Below are positions 37,309 to 46,540 of a stretch of DNA of 64,000 nt, in pieces. Each line of letters opens with the position of its first letter. The stretch's first letter is position 1. The DNA is from a virus: the IMG/VR virus record IMGVR_UViG_3300015202_000003, positions 117,413 through 181,412 of that record. One strand, 5' to 3'. The translations under genes and the position numbers were made by a program. The notes under the pieces are model-generated. The model was given only the letters and a program-made list of their open reading frames with translations. It was not told the DNA's origin and made no database searches.

Positions 37309-40300
37309 ATGAAAAAACAAATTTCAGAGGGTTTTTTACCTTTAGAAAAATTCAACAAAGTTTTCTACAATGATCCTAAGTTATGGTCTTCTTCGGCTAA
37401 CAAGTTAGATTATAAATTTGAAGTTTTAAATACTAACAGTTGGAAAGTTTATTTACCTAACAGTGTTATCTTATATGTAAATACGAAAGGGGATTTTTAT
37501 ATTGAATCTAAAGAGAGAGATGTTCAAATTGCATTGGATTCAATGGCTGTAGTTTGGAGTGATTTATATTTAAAAGACATGTATGAGATAGAAGATTTTT
37601 TTAAATTTGTAAATGAAACAATAGAAAAGAAATTACCCAAACAAACTCCTCTTTCTTACCCAACAATTTCCATTGAAAATTTAAATTTAAGTTCAACAGA
37701 TTCTCAAATAAAAAGATTACAAGAAATAGCTGTTTTAGCTAAAAAATATGGTTTTAAATCTAAACTAAGTAGAAATGCTTCTTATGTAGATTGTGGTAAA
37801 TTAGCAGATGGTGTAGAATTTAACATAGGTTTTAGTGGAAACCTTTCTTTTACGGGCTTTGATTGTAAAAAATGGGAGTGGCTTTTCCCTCTTCAAAGAG
37901 GTTTAGGAAGAGATTTAAAAGACATTGAAGTTTTATTTCAATTAATTAAAAAACAAAATTCTTCTTTAATAATTAAAGAGTCTTCAAACTTGGAAGCTGT
38001 CAAATCATTACAGAAAAGACTGTTTAAAAATTTAAATTTGGAAGTAGAAAAAGCGGGTTTTGAGCCGGGAGAAGTTTTAGAAATTACGACTTTTTCTAAC
38101 AAAGTTTTGATTCATCTAACAGCAGATAAAAAAGAAGATTTAACGGAATTAGAAAACATTATTTCTAATAATGAAGTTATTAAATCTATAGACTCGGACA
38201 GTTTAGACTGGGAAGGGCATAACGATTTTATGTCTTCTGTCAATATTTCTTTAAAACAAATTAAAGAATCTTATGATGATGAAGAAGACGACGGAGATTT
38301 TTCTCGTAGTCTTCCAGACATAGAATCTGACATTAAAGCAAAAGAACCTCAAGAAAAAGATAATAGAGAAGAAGAGCTAACTAATTTTATTAAATCTTTG
38401 TTGGGTTCTTCCGTTAGATTAAAGACGGTTAAAAAATCAAAAACAAAAGTTTCTTTGATAGGAACTAATAAAGGAAAGACGGTTCAAATAGATTATGACA
38501 GTTCTAATTCAATAGAAGCCACAGTTTTAACTCTTTCGGTTTCTCCTGAACTTTTAGTTAAAGACAAGTTAAAAAAATACAATTCTTTCTTTTTAGGGGA
38601 TGGAGATTTGTGTTTTCAAAAAGAGGCAGTAGAACCTATCGGTTCTTTCATAAATAAAATGATTAAATTTAAAAACCCTTCTTCTTTACGAGAAGACGTT
38701 AATCCAGACAACGAAGATGCTGTCTTAGATTTGGACAGAGTGGAGACTTTGTTAGACAATCTTTTTTCTGATTTCAATATGGAATCTAAAATTGAAGGTG
38801 GAACATTAACTTACGGTTATTTAGAAGACGGCGACACTCTTGAAATCACAGAGGAGGGCGAAGTTTCTTATGATGGTTTAATGGAGTTGGCAACCAAAGT
38901 TTTTTCGGAAGATTCCGAAATTGATTCTTTTGACGATGAAGATGATTTAAATTCTTTTCTTTCGGATTTTGCTTCTGCTTTTACGGAAGTCATGGAAGCA
39001 TTAGAAGAAACCGTTCCCGATTCAGAAGATGAAAAAGAAGATGTAACCGAGGAAGGAGAGGTTTCCGAATCTTACAATCCCAAAAAAGGAGGCAGAGTTG
39101 TTTTTGAATTAGAAGGCGAAGTTTACGGGGGACAAATTTTAACTTGTGAGAATCTATCTGTTTCAAAGACTCCGAATTGGAACATTGTTTTCTTAGATGA
39201 AGAAAACGAAATTCAAAATATTACACAAGATAGAGATGGGGCTTTAAATTTTAAATTTTCTCGTTTAGAAAATAAAGTAGGAAAAACAAATTCTTTATTA
39301 GAACAGGTAGAGAATCTAAGTCCAGACATCTTAACTTCTCTTTCTGAAGGAATTTTTAGGGCGGTAGAAGTTTTTCCTGAGTTGTCAATTGAACAAGTTT
39401 TTGAAACACTTTCAGTTTTCAAGGGCGGTTTATTTGAAGGTTTTCAGTTTCGTCGCACGGTTCACGGTTTAGTAAAACAAAGAACTGGTTTAATTCATCA
39501 TACTGCGGCTCAAATTGCGGGTTTCCGTCATGCTGCTCGTATTCGTGCCCGCAAGCCAAAAATGAGTGCAACGATTAGAAATAAAATTAAAAGAAGTTTA
39601 ATCAAAGCACATAGGAAAGGTTTCTTCAAAGATGCTTTAGTAACTCGCAGAGTGGGTAAGTTTGGTTTACAACAGAACAGACTAAAGAAATTTAATTCTT
39701 CTAACAGGTTTCAAAAACCTGATTTAATGACAAAACCTGTTGTTCAACATCCTCAATTAGCTTTTTCAAAACACGAATCTAATAGAACAAACAGAAAGAA
39801 CCCATTTTTAATGGAGTCTAATGAATTGGAAGATTATGGCGATGAAGGGACTGTCAAACAAATTTTAAATTTTATTGCTCGTTATTATCGTAAAGCAAAC
39901 GGCTGTCTCACTCCTAATTTGACGGGTCTTTTTAAATCTGAGAATATCAACCCAACTTCGGGTTTGAAAATTCTTGATGGTTTAGTAAAGTCGGGTTATT
40001 TAACGCAAAAAGCCTATGGGGACAAAGAAGAAGAAACTTTTGAATACGAGTTTTCTTCTCAGGGAATAAACTGGTATAAAGGATTAAAAGAATCTTTAAT
40101 GGAAGATGATTCGGATTCTCTTAAAAATACAACTTTAAAAATTCTTTCTTGGGTAATTGAATTAGATTCAAAAGACGAATCTTTTACGTTAACTAATAAA
40201 AAATCGAAAGTTAACATCGAAGTTTCAAAATCAGATGATGCTAAAAACTACGCTGCTTTATTAAAACTAATGGATGAGGAAGAAGTAACTGTAAGAGTTT

Positions 40301-40758
40301 CTGCTTTCTTCAAACTCCTTCCCGGTCTAAAGAAAGTGCAAGAGAGTCGTTTTGTTAGCTTATTCAACGATTCGGACGCGGATGAGGAAGAAGAGTTGAC
40401 TTACGAAGATGGTTATTTAATGTTGGGGGATTATAGGTTTATTAACAGAAAATTTTCTTCTTTAGATAAGGCTCAAAAATGGTTGAAAACTCTCAAACTA
40501 AAATTTTCAATTAAAGACCCAGAAGATGAGGGGTATCACGAAGACGATAAAGTTTCCGAGGGTTATTCTTTTAAATCTAATAAAAATTTAAAAGAGAACA
40601 ATACAAAAACTTATACGGCCAATTACGAAGAAACAGATTTTTATAAATTTGGTTCCTTGGCGGGCAGAGTAAAAGCTCAAGCTAAAGCCCGCGAGCGTTC
40701 CATTGCGGAATCAACGGGAAGAAAGTTTAGAGACTTAGTTTCTTTAACTGAGCATTAA
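37309..40758 (+). CDS. large modular putative head-internal polyprotein
   Basis: Acidic modules, an Arg/Lys-rich module and a wHTH-like module, separated by (I/L/V)xE|S/G/D motifs. Confidence 0.55.
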   Translation: MKKQISEGFLPLEKFNKVFYNDPKLWSSSANKLDYKFEVLNTNSWKVYLPNSVILYVNTKGDFYIESKERDVQIALDSMAVVWSDLYLKDMYEIEDFFKFVNETIEKKLPKQTPLSYPTISIENLNLSSTDSQIKRLQEIAVLAKKYGFKSKLSRNASYVDCGKLADGVEFNIGFSGNLSFTGFDCKKWEWLFPLQRGLGRDLKDIEVLFQLIKKQNSSLIIKESSNLEAVKSLQKRLFKNLNLEVEKAGFEPGEVLEITTFSNKVLIHLTADKKEDLTELENIISNNEVIKSIDSDSLDWEGHNDFMSSVNISLKQIKESYDDEEDDGDFSRSLPDIESDIKAKEPQEKDNREEELTNFIKSLLGSSVRLKTVKKSKTKVSLIGTNKGKTVQIDYDSSNSIEATVLTLSVSPELLVKDKLKKYNSFFLGDGDLCFQKEAVEPIGSFINKMIKFKNPSSLREDVNPDNEDAVLDLDRVETLLDNLFSDFNMESKIEGGTLTYGYLEDGDTLEITEEGEVSYDGLMELATKVFSEDSEIDSFDDEDDLNSFLSDFASAFTEVMEALEETVPDSEDEKEDVTEEGEVSESYNPKKGGRVVFELEGEVYGGQILTCENLSVSKTPNWNIVFLDEENEIQNITQDRDGALNFKFSRLENKVGKTNSLLEQVENLSPDILTSLSEGIFRAVEVFPELSIEQVFETLSVFKGGLFEGFQFRRTVHGLVKQRTGLIHHTAAQIAGFRHAARIRARKPKMSATIRNKIKRSLIKAHRKGFFKDALVTRRVGKFGLQQNRLKKFNSSNRFQKPDLMTKPVVQHPQLAFSKHESNRTNRKNPFLMESNELEDYGDEGTVKQILNFIARYYRKANGCLTPNLTGLFKSENINPTSGLKILDGLVKSGYLTQKAYGDKEEETFEYEFSSQGINWYKGLKESLMEDDSDSLKNTTLKILSWVIELDSKDESFTLTNKKSKVNIEVSKSDDAKNYAALLKLMDEEEVTVRVSAFFKLLPGLKKVQESRFVSLFNDSDADEEEELTYEDGYLMLGDYRFINRKFSSLDKAQKWLKTLKLKFSIKDPEDEGYHEDDKVSEGYSFKSNKNLKENNTKTYTANYEETDFYKFGSLAGRVKAQAKARERSIAESTGRKFRDLVSLTEH

Positions 40759-40778
40759 AAAGAGATTATAAACAAATT

Positions 40779-40813
40779 AAAAAGACCTTATCTTTTTTGA
40801 TAAGGTCTTTTTT
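40779..40813 (+). terminator. intrinsic terminator (could act in both directions)
   Basis: AAAAAGACCTTATC/GATAAGGTCTTTTT. Confidence 0.75.
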
Positions 40814-40873
40814 GTTGTATATATTAAATAAATAAATAAATAAAGAAGTAGGAGACAACAAAAACCTTAAAAA

Positions 40874-41491
40874 ATGTTTGACATAGAAAAACTATCTTTT
40901 CCAAGCATAGACCCTCAAACCAACGAAGTAAATTATTTGAGGGATAGGTTTTACGAATCTCTTTCTATCAGGGGATATAAAGCAAAAATTTATTTGGTAA
41001 CATCTGAAACGGACGATTACAACATGGATGCTAATAATATTTCCTATAAGGAACCTATTTCAAGTTTTTTACATTTGGAAGAATACCCTAAAAGAACAAT
41101 TTTATCGGCATTTGGTTGGATGAGTGAAACAGATCAACAACAACCGATAGCTTATTTACCTACATATTATTACGATCCAATAACAAAAGAACAGTTTAAT
41201 TTTTATCCGAAAAGAAATACAAAAATAGAATTAGAGTATGATTCTTTATTTAGCGAACATTCTTCTCGTTTATTTTTAGTTTCTGACATTCAAGCGGATA
41301 GTCCTCATGTTATTAATTGGATTTGTTTGTTAGTTCCTCATAGGGAGAAGTTAGTTCTTCCTATTTCAACGATTCCTCTTCCTGACGACGATTTAGTTTC
41401 ACAAACAAGTTTCGATGCGACTTCTACGGGGCCAATCGGAGATTCTGATTTTAGATATTTAAATCCTAACAGTCCTAATAGGAGAAGTTAG
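40874..41491 (+). CDS. head closure / neck protein (T4 gp14-like)
   Basis: FYESLSIRGYKAKIY...LSAFGW pattern and position between head and tail genes. Confidence 0.5.
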   Translation: MFDIEKLSFPSIDPQTNEVNYLRDRFYESLSIRGYKAKIYLVTSETDDYNMDANNISYKEPISSFLHLEEYPKRTILSAFGWMSETDQQQPIAYLPTYYYDPITKEQFNFYPKRNTKIELEYDSLFSEHSSRLFLVSDIQADSPHVINWICLLVPHREKLVLPISTIPLPDDDLVSQTSFDATSTGPIGDSDFRYLNPNSPNRRS

Positions 41492-41558
41492 TTAATTAAT
41501 TTAACTTAGAGTTTTAATTTTTTGTATTTTTATAGTTTAATTTTTAAAAATTTAAAAA

Positions 41559-41951
41559 GTGTTACCTTCTCATTTAATTTTCAAGTTTCATAATTCTCAT
41601 TTAAAGAAAAATAAGTTTTATGGAACTTTGGATTCAAAAAACAAGTTAAAATTTGAACAGAAATTAGAAGAAAAACATTTTAAATTTTTAGAGAGTTTGT
41701 GGAATAAAAGACCTAAAGAATATGAGAAGTTTAAAATAGAAAAGATTAAACATATAAATCATCTGTTTACGATAAGACCTAAAATCTCTTCTTATGTAGA
41801 AGAAAGGGAGTTGAAAGAAATAGAGTATGGAAGTTTAGATTCCAAGAGAAAACAAAAACCCCATAAATTTTTAAATGGGGTTTTCAATAAATTAAAAGAG
41901 AAGTCTCATATTTTAATAAAAGAGACAGAAAAAGAATTTAAAAAAATATAA
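41559..41951 (+). CDS. hypothetical basic protein, possible tail completion protein
   Basis: GTG start; EIEYGS motif; position before the tail terminator-like gene. Confidence 0.5.
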   Translation: MLPSHLIFKFHNSHLKKNKFYGTLDSKNKLKFEQKLEEKHFKFLESLWNKRPKEYEKFKIEKIKHINHLFTIRPKISSYVEERELKEIEYGSLDSKRKQKPHKFLNGVFNKLKEKSHILIKETEKEFKKI

Positions 41952-41952
41952 T

Positions 41953-42546
41953 ATGTTTTTAACCTTGTATTCTAAAGCGGTAACACAAAAAATAAAAGCG
42001 ATTTTTCCGAATACTTTTTATTCTCTTCCAGAACAATTGTTAGAAAAAGCGGCAATTCAAACAACGCCGTCCAATCTTCCAATTTTACCTGTGTTGGGGG
42101 TTTATCGTTCAAGTTGGGAAATAATACAAGATCAATCTTACGTTCAAAGTTTTCAAGGAGTAGCGGGTTTAAGAAGTCCTTCTAATACGAACGGGAATTT
42201 TTTGAAATTGAAAAGACAAGGAATAAAAATAATTTTTCAATTTGATATTGTTTCCAACACACAAAGGGAAATGGACACTGTAGCGGAGGAGTTGTATTGG
42301 TTTTTAATTTCTTATCCGAAAGTTTCTTTTCAAATTAAGAATCCGTTTCCTTTTACTTTTAACGAATCAAATTTAATTTTTCAAAATGTAACGGACAACT
42401 CTTCTCCCAATGAATTTAAACAGAGTGGTTATTTATATCGAACGACTTATGATTTTTCTTTAGAGGGTTGTTATTTAATAAATTGGGCTAATTGGGAGGA
42501 GATAAGACAGATAGATGTTGGATTGGAATTAATAACTTCCGATTAA
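41953..42546 (+). CDS. tail terminator / sheath stabiliser (gp15-like)
   Basis: LPVLGVYR...FQFDIVSNTQREMD...LYRTTYDFSLEG pattern; lies upstream of the sheath. Confidence 0.55.
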   Translation: MFLTLYSKAVTQKIKAIFPNTFYSLPEQLLEKAAIQTTPSNLPILPVLGVYRSSWEIIQDQSYVQSFQGVAGLRSPSNTNGNFLKLKRQGIKIIFQFDIVSNTQREMDTVAEELYWFLISYPKVSFQIKNPFPFTFNESNLIFQNVTDNSSPNEFKQSGYLYRTTYDFSLEGCYLINWANWEEIRQIDVGLELITSD

Positions 42547-42621
42547 ACTTTTAACAAATCTAAAATTAAATTTGTCTCATTTTTATTTTAATTTATCATA
42601 AAGAAGAAAAGACCTATTAAG

Positions 42622-42975
42622 ATGAAATATCAAATAAGGAACATTACAAGACAAGTTTTAAATTTGGAGGGTGGGATTACGTTGTTAGGGGGTCAAACAA
42701 TTATTGGAGAGAAAACTTTTAAAATTGAAACGTATGAACAGCGTGGTTATGTGGCTTTGGTAGAACAGACCGAGGAGGAAGAAAAGTTAAATTCTTCTGA
42801 AGAAAACAAAACTGAGCCGATTGAAGCTGAGAGTGTTTCTACGGGTGTTTCGAGAATTGTTTCCAATGAAATTGAGCCTTTAAGTTCTTTAAATCAAAAA
42901 AACACGAAAGAGCCTATAAAAGAGACACCTAATTCTAAAGACACTAAGATTCTCTCTACTCCCCTTGTTTCCTAA
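42622..42975 (+). CDS. hypothetical small protein preceding the sheath
   Basis: ORF with a folded-looking N-terminus and a disordered C-terminus. Confidence 0.7.
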   Translation: MKYQIRNITRQVLNLEGGITLLGGQTIIGEKTFKIETYEQRGYVALVEQTEEEEKLNSSEENKTEPIEAESVSTGVSRIVSNEIEPLSSLNQKNTKEPIKETPNSKDTKILSTPLVS

Positions 42976-43015
42976 GTTTTGGTTTAGACAGTTTCTAAAT
43001 TTTAAATTATAAATT

Positions 43016-44545
43016 ATGCTTGAATCTGCTGGAATTTTATTAACAGAAACGGAAGTCCCAATTTCCGATACAACGGTATCTCAAACTGTTATTGGTATGG
43101 TGGGAACGGCTCATAAAGGCCCGTTTAATACACCGACTTTAATTAGAAATTTGAGTGGTTACGTTTCAACTTTTGGGGTTGTGGACACCAACTCTTTTGG
43201 TAGTTTGGCAGCTTATCAATATTTAAGAAACGGCAACCAGTTATGGTATTGTCGTGTAGGAAATGCTGTTGTTTCTCCTTCTCAAACACCTGCCGCAAAT
43301 TATTCTTCTTCTTCTTTTACTAATTTTAAATTAAGTGCATTAACAAAAGGAATTTGGGGAAATGACATTGCTGTTCGATTTGTTTACCCAAACCCTGATA
43401 GCGATGCAACTATTTTTAATTTAGAAGTTCATTCTTTAAATTCTCAAGGGAAATATGTTTTACGAGAATACATTAAAGGTTTAACTTTAACACCGACTTC
43501 TTCCAATTTTATTTTAACTCGTTTAGGAACAAAGAGCAGTGATGTTGTTTCGCCTAATGAATCAGGATATATAGTTGCAGAAATTTTAACTTCTGCGTTA
43601 ACCCGTCCAACTGCAACTGTTGTGGGGGCATTTCTTCCTCTTTCTGGGGGTCAAAGCGGTTTAAGTCCAACAATTGCGGAAGTAGTTGGAACAACTGTTA
43701 ATGGAGTTTCAACGGGTATTCAATGTTTTTCTTCTTTAGAGAACATGAATATTAATGTTATTTCGGCTCCCGGCTATACAGAGCCTACTCACATAAATGC
43801 CTTAATTACATTGGCAGAGTCTCGTTTAGATGTAATTGCTTTAGTTGACCCTCCACAAGGTTTAACTGTTCAACAAATGACAACTTGGCAATTAGATTAT
43901 GTTAGTTCTTATGCTGCGGTTTATTGGCCTTGGGTTCAAGTGTTAACACCTGACAAAACAGCTGCGGTTTTCGTCCCACCTTCTTCTGTTGTTGGGGGAC
44001 AAATGGCTTATAACGACAGAGTAGGCTATCCTTGGTTTGCTCCTGCGGGTTGGGATAGAGGTTTAGTAACAAACGCAATTGGTGTTGAATATATAACAAA
44101 TATTTCGGACAGAGATTTACTTCAAAGCGATAATAATTCTGTTAATCCAATTGTTTATGTTAGAGGGAGAGGAGTTGCTTTATGGGGACAGAAAACCTTG
44201 GCAAGAGAAGCATTGTTAGTGAACCGAGTTAATGTTCGGAGATTGGTTCTTTATTTACGCAAAGAGATTGGGAGAGTTGCTTCTAATTTATTATTTGAAC
44301 AAAACGATTCGTCTACATGGGCCAGATTTGCAATGGCGGCAGACCCAATTTTAGCTTCCGTTAAAAATTCCAGAGGTATTTCAGATTTTAAAATTAGATT
44401 TGATGGGACAACAACTTCTCAAGAAGATATTCGTAACAATCGTATGAACGGTGTAATTTATATTAAGCCTGTTAATGCTGCGGAATATATTTATTTGAAT
44501 TTTACTTTAACTCCGTTGGGAGTAGATTTCAATTCTTTGGCTTAA
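43016..44545 (+). CDS. tail sheath protein (gp18-like)
   Basis: IGMVGTAHKGPFNTPTLI, SSYAAVYWPWV, PWFAPAG, LWGQKTL, RVNVRRL, LFEQND, YIKPVNAAEYIYLNF. Confidence 0.95.
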   Translation: MLESAGILLTETEVPISDTTVSQTVIGMVGTAHKGPFNTPTLIRNLSGYVSTFGVVDTNSFGSLAAYQYLRNGNQLWYCRVGNAVVSPSQTPAANYSSSSFTNFKLSALTKGIWGNDIAVRFVYPNPDSDATIFNLEVHSLNSQGKYVLREYIKGLTLTPTSSNFILTRLGTKSSDVVSPNESGYIVAEILTSALTRPTATVVGAFLPLSGGQSGLSPTIAEVVGTTVNGVSTGIQCFSSLENMNINVISAPGYTEPTHINALITLAESRLDVIALVDPPQGLTVQQMTTWQLDYVSSYAAVYWPWVQVLTPDKTAAVFVPPSSVVGGQMAYNDRVGYPWFAPAGWDRGLVTNAIGVEYITNISDRDLLQSDNNSVNPIVYVRGRGVALWGQKTLAREALLVNRVNVRRLVLYLRKEIGRVASNLLFEQNDSSTWARFAMAADPILASVKNSRGISDFKIRFDGTTTSQEDIRNNRMNGVIYIKPVNAAEYIYLNFTLTPLGVDFNSLA

Positions 44546-44570
44546 AATTAAAATAGAAAATTAAAATATT

Positions 44571-45263
44571 ATGGCAGATTTTTTCACTCAAGCAGACACT
44601 TTAGACACTACATCTTCAGAAGATAGAGGTGCATCCCGTGCGATGGGCTACGGTTCTTTAGCAGACGATAGGCAATACGAAGTTCAAAGGGGCAATCATT
44701 TCACTGTGATTTTCGGCCCTGCTTCTTCTAAGGACGCAAAAGCCTCCGACGATGTTTGGATTAAGACAATTGAAATGGCGGTAGAAGGTTTATCTCTTCC
44801 CAATATAACTGTGGATGCCATGAGTTTAAGTAGGGGAAATCAGACTTATAAAGTAGCGGGTAAAGTTCAAATTGAATTTGGAGAATTAACTTTACGAGAT
44901 TTTATAACGGCGGATACAGAGGCCATGTTAATGAACTGGTTTTCCAAAGTTTATAATCCACAGACGGCGCAAATAGGTTTTGCGGCGGATTATAAACGAC
45001 AAGCAAGGTTAATAGAGTATTCTCCAGACGGCTCTGTAGCGCGTAATTGGAAATTGGAGGGGTGTTGGCCTTCTACAATGACTTCCGGAGCTTTGAGTTC
45101 TGATAACAGCGAAAAGAAACAGGTAACTTGCCAAGTCCAAGTGGACAATGCTTACCCGATTGATCTGAGCGGAAATCTAAGAATTTCTTCATCCACATCT
45201 CCTGTAAATCCTCTTGTAAATAATTTAATTCGTATTCCTTCTGGAGGCGCTCTAAATGTTTAA
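44571..45263 (+). CDS. tail tube protein (gp19-like)
   Basis: YKVAGK, LMNWFSKVYNP.T..IG...DYKR, WKLEGCWPS; follows the sheath. Confidence 0.9.
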   Translation: MADFFTQADTLDTTSSEDRGASRAMGYGSLADDRQYEVQRGNHFTVIFGPASSKDAKASDDVWIKTIEMAVEGLSLPNITVDAMSLSRGNQTYKVAGKVQIEFGELTLRDFITADTEAMLMNWFSKVYNPQTAQIGFAADYKRQARLIEYSPDGSVARNWKLEGCWPSTMTSGALSSDNSEKKQVTCQVQVDNAYPIDLSGNLRISSSTSPVNPLVNNLIRIPSGGALNV

Positions 45264-45376
45264 TATTAAAAGTGGTTAGGTTTATTATTTTAAATATAAT
45301 AGCGTTTACGATTGCATTTACTTTGTTTTATCCTGCTATTCACAGCATAGAAACAAAAAAATTATTTTTAAAAAAG

Positions 45377-45405
45377 TAGACATTTCTATAACAATTTAGT
45401 AAAAT
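45377..45405 (+). promoter_or_regulatory. sigma70-like promoter candidate
   Basis: TAGACA, 17-bp spacer, TAAAAT, in a 200-bp intergenic gap. The AT-rich background weakens the call. Confidence 0.4.
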
Positions 45406-45420
45406 AAAATAAGAGTTATA

Positions 45421-45452
45421 AAAAGAGGATTTTAACAAAAACAATCCTCTTT
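45421..45452. other. leader hairpin upstream of the chaperone gene
   Basis: AAAAGAGGATT/AATCCTCTTTT inverted repeat ending about 17 nt before the ATG. Confidence 0.45.
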
Positions 45453-45469
45453 TTCATTAAAAGTTTTCA

Positions 45470-46237
45470 ATGTCAACAAAATTTCAAGAAGAGGTAATGT
45501 TACCTTCAAAAGGTTTAGCTTATCCACAGGGCTATATTCCAGAGGGAAAAGTAGTTATTTCGATGATGGGCACCCAAGAAGAAAAAATCTTAGCGGGCGG
45601 TAAGATGAATTTCAATACGATGTTAACCACAATTTTGGACAGATTAATTGTCAGTCCAAAAATTGAAAGTTCAAAATTGTTAACATTGGACAGAATGTTT
45701 CTTTTAATTAAAATTAGAGTTTTATCTTTAGGTTCTAAATATTCATTTAAAATGAAATGTTCTGAGTGCGGGGAAGAATCAGAGTTTGAGGTAGAATTAG
45801 CGGAGTTAGAAATCAAAGACTTTCCAGATAATTGGACGGAACCGTTGGCTTGTCATTTACCAATTTTAGATGAAGAAATAAAATTAAGACTTTTACGGGC
45901 AACGGACGAAGTGGATGTAGATAGATATGTTCAAAAATTAAGGGCGAAGAACGCAAGATTATTTCAACAGGGCGATCCAACTTATATTCCTTTAATGGCA
46001 AAGGCTGTAGTTTCTACTTCTAATTTAGAAGAGAGTTCTTTGTTTCAAGATAAGATAGCATGGGTTCAAGAATTAAAATCAAGAGATTCTATAGCGATTC
46101 AGGATACGTTAAGCGATAACGATTTTGGGGTAGTCATGCAAACCGAAGTGACTTGTCCCGTCTGTGGTGCGGAATTGGATGGAGTAAATATTGGGTTAGA
46201 CCCCAGTTTTTTTCGCCCCCGCTCCCGTTCAAAATAA
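45470..46237 (+). CDS. baseplate hub / tail assembly chaperone (T4 gp26-like)
   Basis: VMLPSKG..Y, EEKIL, LL..DR.FLLI.IR..S.G..Y, two CxxC, C-terminal FFRP; lies between tube and tape measure. Confidence 0.8.
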   Translation: MSTKFQEEVMLPSKGLAYPQGYIPEGKVVISMMGTQEEKILAGGKMNFNTMLTTILDRLIVSPKIESSKLLTLDRMFLLIKIRVLSLGSKYSFKMKCSECGEESEFEVELAELEIKDFPDNWTEPLACHLPILDEEIKLRLLRATDEVDVDRYVQKLRAKNARLFQQGDPTYIPLMAKAVVSTSNLEESSLFQDKIAWVQELKSRDSIAIQDTLSDNDFGVVMQTEVTCPVCGAELDGVNIGLDPSFFRPRSRSK

Positions 46238-46262
46238 ACAGTATTTAGATTATATTTTAAAT

Positions 46263-46421
46263 ATGAGTTTCGAGTTAGTTTATTATGGTCAAGGTTTTAC
46301 TTTGGAGGACATAGAAAATCTTTCTACTTACGAAAGGGATTTTTATTATCGGAAATTAGTAGATACCAAGCAAGAAGAATTAAAAAGACAGAAAGAACAA
46401 ATGGCTAAAAACAAGTCCTAA
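46263..46421 (+). CDS. small tail chaperone (T4 gp51-like), absent from the ORF track
   Basis: MSFELVYYGQGFTLEDIENLSTYERDFYYRKLVDTKQEE (52 aa); the frame is open from 46200. Confidence 0.75.
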   Translation: MSFELVYYGQGFTLEDIENLSTYERDFYYRKLVDTKQEELKRQKEQMAKNKS

Positions 46422-46427
46422 GTTAAA

Positions 46428-46471
46428 AAATAAAAATTCCTTGGAATCTTCGTTCTGGGGAATTTTTATTT
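46428..46471 (+). promoter_or_regulatory. TCTTCG-loop hairpin motif, copy 5 (extended stem)
   Basis: AAATAAAAATTCC-TTGGAA-TCTTCG-TTCTGG-GGAATTTTTATTT upstream of the tape measure. Confidence 0.65.
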
Positions 46472-46540
46472 TCTATATAACAGATAAAGAGAAGAGGTTA
46501 GTTATTAATTCTTTTGTAATTTAATTTTAAAATCTAAACA

